From: Malacoraja senta | Lineage: Eukaryota | Direction: 5' to 3' | Length of the DNA stretch: 64,000 nt | Assembly (NCBI GenBank): GCA_038087875.1 | Contig: CM076002.1 | Location: 248,001 to 312,000 of the forward strand | In this document: positions 52,423 through 61,800 of the stretch, one piece after another | How the letters are laid out: each line of letters starts with the position of its first letter | Numbering within the stretch: position 1 is the first letter of the stretch | Translations under genes and position numbers: made by a program | The notes under the pieces: model-generated | Database searches by the model: none | What the model was told of the DNA's origin: nothing | What the model saw: only the letters and a program-made list of their open reading frames with translations

Positions 52423-55400
52423 TCTACTCGTCTGCCATTTCCTTGTTCCCCATAATAAACGTTTCTGTCTTCAAGGGACCCACATTTGTCTTAATTAATC
52501 TTTTCCTTTTCACATACCTTAAGAAGCTTTTACTGTTGTCCTTTATATTCTTGGCTAGCTTACCTTCGTACTTCATCTTTTCTCCCCTTATTGCCTTTTT
52601 AGTTATCTTCTGTTGATCTTTAATAGTTCAAGTTTATATTTATTGTCACATGTACCAATTGGTACAGTGAAATTTGAGTTACCATACAGCCATACAAATA
52701 AAAAGAACACAATACATGATAGTGTTTAACATAAATATCCACCACATCGGAATCAACATTTCCCATTGTGATGGAAGGCAATAAAGTTCAGTCATCTTCC
52801 TCCTTAGAAACATAGAAAATAGGAGCAGGAGTAGGCCATTCGGCCCTTCGAGCCTGCACCGCCATTCAATATGATCATGGCTGATCATCCAACTCGGTAT
52901 CCTGTACCTGCCTTCTCTCCATACCCCCTGATCCCTTTAGCCACTCCTTTTTTTCACCCGTGGTCAGGGCCTTTGAACCCTCCGCAGTCGCCGCTACTGA
53001 CTGCATGATGGACAGGCCCTCTTACCGGATGATCGAAACCCCGGCGTCGGAACGGATTGGAACACATTGGAGCCAAGCCGTGCTTGGAGATTCCGAAGTC
53101 CACAGGCCGAGTTGGACGGAGCTCCAACACTGGCGATCCCCGGCAAAAGATCCCAGGCCTCCGCAATGTGGAAGTCAGCACTGCCCGCAGACCACAGCTC
53201 CATGGTATTAAAGTCAGCAGGCCCAACACTCCGGAGCTCCAACACCCGCTCCTCAATGATAATTCAGCGCTGCGCCCGCTGCTGAAGCTCTGGCCGGTCT
53301 ACGGTAGGAAAGGCCGCGCCAATCCAGTTGGTAAGCCGTGAGGGGAGGAGGGGGGGAGAAGATGCATCTCAGTCCAGCTAAGTGAATGAGAAACGGTTTC
53401 CCCTATTTCCACCACCCCCCTCCCACCACCCCCCACATAAGACATACGAAGAAACACTTAAAACATACATTTACACACATTAAAATAACAAAAAGGGTGA
53501 AAGGACTAACAGCTGCTGGCGAGGCAGCCACCTCAGATTGAACTGTTACCCAATTCTCTGAGTTCCGCTCATCTTTGCTATGTTATACGTCTTCTCTTTT
53601 ATTTTTATACTGTCCTTGACTGCCCTTGTCAGCCACGGTCGCCTCTTACTCCCCTTAGAATCTTTCTTCCTCTTTGGAATGAACTGATCCTGCATCTTCT
53701 GGATTATTCCCAGAAATACCTGCCATTGCTGTTCCACCGTCATCCCTGCCAGGGTCCCTTTCTAGTCAACATTGGCCAGCTCCTCCCTCATGCCTCCATA
53801 ATCCCCTTTGTTCAACTGACACTGACACTGATTTTATAATTTACCTCAAATTGGAGATTAAAAGTTATTATATTATGGTCACTAACTCCGAATGGCTCCT
53901 TTACCTCGAGTTCCCTTATCAAATCTGATTCATTAGACAACACTAAATCCAGAATTGCCTTCTCCCTGGCAGGCTCCAGTACAAGCTGCTCTAAAGGCTC
54001 TGTCTTACCTGTTTGCGGTCATCGGCGGTGAAGCGCGGCGTAGCCGGTAGCGAGGACCGCGCGGCAACGGCGAGAGCGTCGAGCCTATCCACCGGAGCGC
54101 CGCACGGATGTTGCGCGGGGGCCGAGTTAATTCAAACACGGCGGGTCCCACGTGCTTGCGGTAAGTAAAAAAAGGGCGGGCCGACTGCGATGACGTCGGC
54201 CCGCCGCACGTGACTCACCAGCGGCGGCCATCCTGATCGCGGCGCGGTGGCTGTGACTGCGGCCGCACAGCACACGTGCCTCACTGGCGGCGGCACGTGC
54301 CTCACTGGCGGCGGCACGTGCCTCACTGGCGGAGGCTGTGGCAGAGGAGGTTTGACGCACGGCGCTCAACCCACACTGGCGGCGGCCCGTGCGAGCGGCC
54401 ATGCACACTCGTGCATCATTGGTGGAGGTTGTGCGGTGAGTATTTAGTTTTGGACAGTGTAGAATTTATTTTAGCACCGCGCGGTGTTGGGAACACTGAC
54501 GCACGGCCCGGGAATTGTACTTTCTCACGAGTGCGCGGTCTATGGCGGCAGATTCTTCCCGTTTCGCCGCCATAGACCGCAGACTCGTGAGACAGGCCTT
54601 TAAGGATCCATCTCGGAGGGACTATACAGACTCCCTTTCTTGGGGTCCAGTACCAACTTGATTTTTCCAGTCTACCTGCATGTTGAAATCTCCCATAACA
54701 ACCACAGCATTACATTTGCTACATGCCAATTTTAACTCCTGATTCAATTTGCACCCTATGTCCGGGTTACTATTTGGGGGCCTGTAGATTAGTCCCGTTA
54801 GGGTCTTTTTACCCTTACAATTCCGTAGTTCTTTCCATACTGACTCCACATCTCCTGTTTTGAGACGAGGAAACACTTTTTCTCACAGAGAGTGGTGAGT
54901 CTGTGGAATTCTCTGCCTCAGAGGGGGTGGAGGCAGGTTCTCTGGATGCTTTCAAGAGAGATCTAGATAGGGCTCTTAAAAATAGCAGAGTCAGGGGATA
55001 TGGGGAGAAGGCAGGCACTGATTGGGTATGATCAGCCACGATTACATTGAATGGCGGTGCTGGTTCGAAGGGCCAAATGGCCTACTCCTGCACCTATTGT
55101 CTATTGTTTCAATGTCACCCCTTGCAAGGGACTGAATTCCATTCCTCACCAACAAGGCAACCCCACCCCCTCTGCCCATCTGTCTGTCTTTTCGATGGGA
55201 GATATACCCTTGAATATTCAGTTCCCAGCCCTGGCCCTCTTGCAGCCATGTCTCAGTAATTCCCACAACATCATACTTGCCAGTTTCTAACTGTGCCTCA
55301 AGCTCGTCCACTTTATTCCTTATACTTCGCGCATTCATATACAGCATTTTGACCGCCGTAATCACTTCCCCCCTCGCACCGCTCCCAATTGGCCCTGACC

Positions 55401-56630
55401 TTACTCTGTTGTCCCTTCTCGAGCTTTCCTTCCCATTAATTCGAGAATCTTTTGCAATTTTTCCTGTAGTCACTTCCACTTCAACTCCATCTTTATACTC
55501 CCAATTTGTCAATCCGTCCCCCCTACTATTTAGTTTAAACCCACACGTGTAGCCCTAGCAAACTCTGCCTGCCAGAATGTCGGTCCCCCTTCAGTAAAGG
55601 TGTAGACCGTCCCCTTTGTACAGGTTACCCCTACCCCAGAAGAGATCCCAGTGGTCTATAAATCTAAATCCTTGCTCCATGCTCCAGCCCCTCAGCCACA
55701 CATTCAGATCTGCTATCTCCCTGTTCCTGTCCTCACTAGCACGAGATACAGGAAGCAATTCAGAGATAACCACCCAAGAAGTCTGGCATTTCAGTCTTCT
55801 TCCCAACTCTCTGAACTCATGTTGGAGAACCTCCTTCTTCCCGATGTTGTTTGTGCCTACGTGCACAACTACCGCCGGCTGTTCACCTTCTCTCTCGAGG
55901 ATGTTCTGAATTTGGCTTGTGACATCCTGATCCCTGGCACCAGGGAGGCAACAGACCATCCTCGCATCTCGTCTGCCACCACAGAATCTCCTGTCCGCTC
56001 CTCGGACAATGGTGTCACCCACCACTAGTGCTCTGCCCAATGTCAGTCTCGCCGGTCGAGTCCCATCTCTAGGATTGGAGCCACCGAAGTGTCCGCCGCT
56101 CGGATTGGAAACATCGTCTCCCCAGACAGTTCCCAAGAGGGCGTACCTGTTTTCATTAGGCACAGCCACCTGGGTCTTCTGCACTCCACGATTTCCACCC
56201 TTTCTCTCCATCACACACCTCGGTTCTTCCCGTATCTTCGGCATGACTACCTCACTGTAGGTCCTGTCCAGGAAACTCTCATTTTCCCGGATGGCCCTAA
56301 GGTCATCCAGCTGCTTCTCCAGTGCCCCAACATGGTCCTTTAGGAGCTGAAGCTGGACGTACTTGCCACAGTTGTAGCAGCCAGAGGCTCCCTCTGCGTC
56401 GCTGGGCTCCCACATTCTGCAAGCCTCACACTGTCTCATCTGTCCCGACATGTGTTCACTTGAGCTTTATGCGTAGCCTCCTCTCCTCGGCTTCCTCGCC
56501 AAGACTCTCGAGCGAAAGACTCACACTTTACTCACAAATCACTTCCCTCACTACCGCTCCCTAAGAGCCATCTTGCTTATATTGACTGATAAATTGCCTA
56601 ATTTACCAATTCAGAAAACCAAATTCCTCA
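52423..56630 (-). mobile_element. CR1 (family C) 5' half with ORF1 (55591-56451) and endonuclease, carrying at least three nested insertions
   Basis: ORF1 CEAC..CGK with esterase blocks altered to GDT, GTNN, DGLH; APE NARSIRNK, GITETWL, YRPP, MGDFN. Inserts at about 52624-53545, 53995-54600 and 54860-55105. Confidence 0.85.
53995..54600. mobile_element. GC-rich non-autonomous PIF/Harbinger-like MITE, copy 2
   Basis: TAA at 53992-53994 and 54601-54603 flanks the TIRs. Removing it gives continuous CR1-like CTGCTCTAAGGATCC. Confidence 0.85.
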
Positions 56631-56632
56631 GT

Positions 56633-57080
56633 TTTAAACTTTCCCCCACTGACTCACCTCTAACTCTCCTCCCACTCGGGCCTGAGTTAATCAGTGCTTT
56701 TTCCTGCTTCTCTTTGCTGCTGTTTCTTCAAAATCCACGTAAGCTCTGCGTTTAGTCTGTCTGGGTTTTGCTGCTCTTTTTAAACTGTTTTCCCCCTTTG
56801 ACTCACCTCTAACTCTCCTCCCACAGGCTAGAGCCAATCAGTGCTTTTTCCTGCTTCTCTTTGCTGCTGTTTCTTCAAAATCCACGGAAGCTCGGAGTTA
56901 AGTCGGTCTGTGTTTTGCTGCTCTTTTTAAAACTGTTTTCCCCCTCTGACTGACTTCTAACTCTCCTCCCACACGGGCTAGAGCCAATCAGTGCTTTTTC
57001 CTGCTTCTCTTTGCTGCTGTTCTTCAAAATCCACGGAAGCTCTGAGTTAAGTCTGTCTGTGTTTTGCCGCTCTTTTTAAA
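56633..57080. repeat. About 150-bp tandem repeat, 3 copies
   Basis: CTAACTCTCCTCCCAC...AATCAGTGCTTTTTCCTGCTTCTCTTTGCTGCTG...CTCTTTTTAAA occurs three times, directly 5' of the CR1-C ORF1. Confidence 0.9.
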
Positions 57081-58853
57081 CAAAAAGCCTGGATCACAAA
57101 GCCTTTGTTTGAATTACCATTGTTCATCACATCCTCCTTATCTCTGTATTTGCAAACAGAAGGTCAGAGTCTGTTAAAGTTATTCAGAGTTCCAATGAGC
57201 ACTTGATTCTCAACCATGCTTTTTTTTAACTCCCTTTTTCAGTGTTCTTTGATTTATCTGCTGTTGCTCTTTCTCTGGTGCGCTGTGCTGGATTCATTAC
57301 TACTCTTCCTCTTCTACCTTAAACCCTCTCCCTTCTTTCCCATCTTCATTTTCAGTTGTTCCTTCTTCTGGGGTTGCCCTTCCCTGTAGGAGTACCGGTG
57401 CCCCTCCTTTTCACGGGATATTAGTGTTGTAGCTCCTGCTGTTAGTGACTGGTGGCCAGGGCATGGGGGAGGTCATCTTCATTATTACCGATTTTGTTTC
57501 TCTCCCCAAATTTATTCCTCATCCCCCTCTTCTATAAACAGGGTCACCATTGCCAGTCAAGAGGTCCCTGCGGATATTTTGCTTAGGTTTCCGTTTTTGT
57601 ATACCAATTGTTTATACTTTGTTGGCCAACCGTATTCTCTTTTTTGAAAATCTTCTCGCCTGATCATAATGTAATCTTTATGTTTTCCCGGATCCAAATA
57701 ACACATATGCTGTACCGAAGCTCTCATATGTGCCGGAGCTCCCTCATCATTCTAATCCCGAGCCTGTCCCTTCATTCGGCTCTATATCAACAAAATTTAT
57801 GATCTATATCCGACCTGTTCAATCGAAAATACGCGTCCCGGACCCTCTAACATTTTATCTGCAATCTCGACCCACATGGTACTTCCGGATCACGAGTTCC
57901 CAAGTCTGAGCTGCTCAATCAACAAAAAATGTTACCTTATGTTATCTTCAAGGATCTTGGCAGAAAACCAGATCAACTTCAGACGAAGGACCACAGTGTT
58001 CCCGGGCGCCCTCAGGAGTTCAGACTCAAGGGGTCCGATAGTGCACTTTCTACTCCCTTTGAGATACCGGCCAAACTGTAGCCTCTTACTCAGTCTTCAG
58101 AGATAATTTCCAACAATATCCTGCTGACTACGCCAACATTAAAGTTCAATTTGCTTTTTTCTTTTCTTTGACCTTGTTTAATTGTTTGTACATTATGATC
58201 TGCAGAGTAGAGGGTAAGAATCGAGTTGTCTGAACATCTTTCTGATTGTTTATATCATAGAGCAAAATATCGAGTGTTATCGTGCTTAAATCTCATTTCT
58301 GTAATAGAAGAAAGACAAAACATTCCTGTTATTGTGCTGTAATCTTGTTAGTGTTTATATTATAGGACAAGACGCCTGGTGTTTTTGTGCAGAAATCTCA
58401 CTAGTGTAATAGGAGAAAGGTTAAGCATTCATTTACTAACTTCTAAATCTACAGCAGAATCCATTTTGTAATTTCTAAATCTTTCAAATCTTTCAGCAGG
58501 ACATCAAGAGGATCGTCATTCAGAGCCAAAGAAGTGACCAGCCCTGTGATCCCAGGATAGGAACTCCAGTACTCCAACACATCACAACTTGGTAGTCTGG
58601 GCTCTGTGAAATATCCCGGAACAGGAGACTGGACAACTCGATAAATCCTGGGCCAGTATCCAGGCACCGTGTTATATTGTGGAATAGGAGCCCAGGCCTC
58701 AAGGTAGATACTGGGACAGAAACGTACAACTGGTGAAGTTTCACCCAACAGTAATATACAAGACAGGAGCCCTGACATCCTGGCAATTTCAGGACAAGAA
58801 CTCTGGGAGAGAGCATACAGATCCCAGGAAGTACATTCATTTGGGCAGAGGGA

Positions 58854-61800
58854 ATGGGGAATTTTTCATCAAATTTAAAGAGATGGTCTGAATACCTGAA
58901 CACTCCACAACTTGTGAGGGATTTGGGTTTACAGGATAATTATCCTCATAAACTGTCACTGACGTCCATGCGGGAGATATTCTGGGGTAAACTGGACGAC
59001 AACAAACCAACTCGACCAGAAGATCTTCCTTGGCGATTTCTCCAAAGGATCCTCTCAGCTAATTCACTGGCGAGGAATCCTGAATGGCCAGAGATTTCTG
59101 GGATTAACCCTCTGGATATCATTGCTGCCATTTTCCTCTGTGCCGACCACTCTCTCCAGCAGGAACTGATGCTGAAGATGTCTCTGTGCCAACTTGCATT
59201 ACCCTTTCTGCTGCCGGAAGGGCACAGTTACCCCAGGGACAAGGTGAGGGGACCCATGGAATTGCCTGGTGCCACCCTTCTCCTCTGGGCCATGAGGCAC
59301 ATTGTTAAAATGTGGTGCCCACAATCTCCCACAGGGACCAGCCCCATTGTGGAGATGCCCATCATGACAGCAACCGTGCCAACTGTCTCCTTCCTCAGAC
59401 TCGGAAGGTGCACGGTGTCCAAATCCAGAGTCCTCAATCTCACCTTGAGCCAGACCCAGCTGCAGCAGAACATCTTCCTGCACTCCGGCATGAAATGTGG
59501 GAATGTGCCCCGTGGGATATCGGATGGGATGGCTGAGATCAGCTGGTATCTACCGTCTGGGAAGAGCAACACAGACATTTTCCCGGAGGCTGCTGCATTC
59601 ATCAACCTCCGAGGTGATGCTGAAACTTACCAGGGACACACTCGGTTTCTGGCAAAAGTCTCTGCTGCTCTCTTTATTTTCATTGACGTTATCGGTGAGA
59701 AGGAAAGAGAATTCCTCACCTCTCTCGCACAGTCACCGGCAAAACTCTTTCTGATAGTGAACACTTACATCAGTGAGCAACACATCACCCCTGAGCAGGT
59801 AAAGAAACTGTTCAAAGATCTGAAGTTACAACCTCAACAATGCATTGTTCGGACAAATGTAAACGAGGCCAAACTTGTGGAAAAACTTTGTTCTCAGATA
59901 AAACAAGTGATTCTTATGAGGGACAGGGACCAGAGCTTCTTGAGTCTGGAGCAAATGGGTGACATTGCGAGAGAAAGTGGGATTAAGGTCGATGAACATC
60001 ATCCTGAAATACAACGGGCCAAGGACCTGTCGTCCAAACCACAGAGAGAGGCCGACCATGGACACAGATTGAGATCAGATCATCCATCTCACCAGCATTC
60101 ACCAGGTCTCCCACAGGGAATGGCTGGTGATCCATCAGCTGGAAATAACTTTGCAAAGTTACAACCACAACAATGTGTTTCTCGGACAAATGTAAGTGAG
60201 GCAACGCTTGTAGAAAAATGTAATTCTCCCATACAACAAGTAACATGGAAGAGGGACAGTGACCAGATCTTCATTAGTCTGGAGCAAACGGGTGACATTG
60301 TGAGGGAAAGTGAGATTCAGGTCAATGAACATCATCCTGAAATACAACGGGCCAAGGACCTGACGTCCAAACCACACAGAGAGGTCGACCACAGACACGG
60401 CAGGGAATCAGAGCATCCATCTCACCGGCATTCACCATGTCTTCCAGAGGGAATGACTGGTGTTCCACCAGCTGCAAATAACCAGGCTGAAAATTGGAGC
60501 CCCCTACAACTTGTGAGGGATTTGGGTTTACAGGATCATTATCCTCATAAACTGTCACTGACGTCCATGCGGGAGGTATCCTGGGGTAAACTGGACGACA
60601 GCAAACCAACTCGACCAGAAGATCTTCCTTGGCGATTTCTCCAAATGATCTTCTCAGCCAATTCACTGGCGAGGAATCCTGAATGGCCACCTGCTCAGTC
60701 CTTGGAAGACAAGAAAGATGATGTTGAAGATTTCAACGATTTCGTTGAAATGAAAGATCCAGGAGATTCTGGGATTAACCCTCTGGATATCATTGCTGCC
60801 ATTTTCCTCTGTGCCGACCACTCTCTCCAGCAGGAACTGATGCTGAAGATGTCTCTGTGCCAACTTGCATTACCCTTTCTGCTGCCGGAAGGGCACAGTT
60901 ACCCCAGGGACAAGGTGAGGGGACCCATGGAAGGGTCTGGTGCCACCCTTCTCCTCTGGGCCATGAGGCCCATTGTTAAAATGTGGTGCCCACAATCTCC
61001 CACAGGGAACAGCCCCGTTGTGGAGATGCCCATCGTGACAGCAACCGTGCCAACTGTCTCCTTCCTCAGACTCGGAAGGTGCACGGTGTCCAAATCCAGA
61101 GTCCTCAATCTCACCTTGAGCCAGACCCAGCTGCAGCAGAACATCTTCCTGCACTCCGGGATGGAATGTGGGAACGTGCCTCGTGGGATATCAGATGGGA
61201 TGGCTGAGATCAGCTGGTACCAACATTCTGGGATGAGCAACACGGACATTTTCCCGGAGGCTGCTGCATTTATCAACCTCCGAGGTGATGCTGAAACTTA
61301 CCAGGGACACACTCGGTTTCTGGCAAAAGTCTCTGCTGCTCTCTTTATTTTCATTGACATTATCGGTGAGAAGGAAAGAGAATTCCTCACCTCTCTCGCA
61401 CAGTCACCGGCAAAACTCTTTCTGATAGTGAACACTTACATCAGTGAGCAACATATCACCCCTGAGCAGGTAAAGACACTGTTCAAAGATCTGAAGTTAC
61501 AACCTCAACAATGCATTGTTCGGAAAAATGTAAACAAGGCCAAACTTGTGGAAAAACTTAGTTCTCAGATAAAACAAGTGATTCTAATGAGTGACAGGGA
61601 CCAGAGCTTCCTGAGTCTGGAACAAATGGGTGACATTGCGAGAGAAAGTGGGACTAAGGTCGATGAACATCAGCGTGAAATACAACGGGCCAAGGACCTG
61701 ACATCCAAACCACAGAGCAAGGTCGACCATGGAAACAGTTGGGAATCAGATCATCCATCTCACCGGCATTCACCATGTCTCCCACAGGGAATGTCTGGTG

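Noticed and set aside
57100..58480. Possible first exon, interferon-stimulated response element, or retroelement gag/ORF1 upstream of GTPase copy 2
   Set aside because: I found no clear ISRE consensus and no recognisable protein motif; left unassigned.
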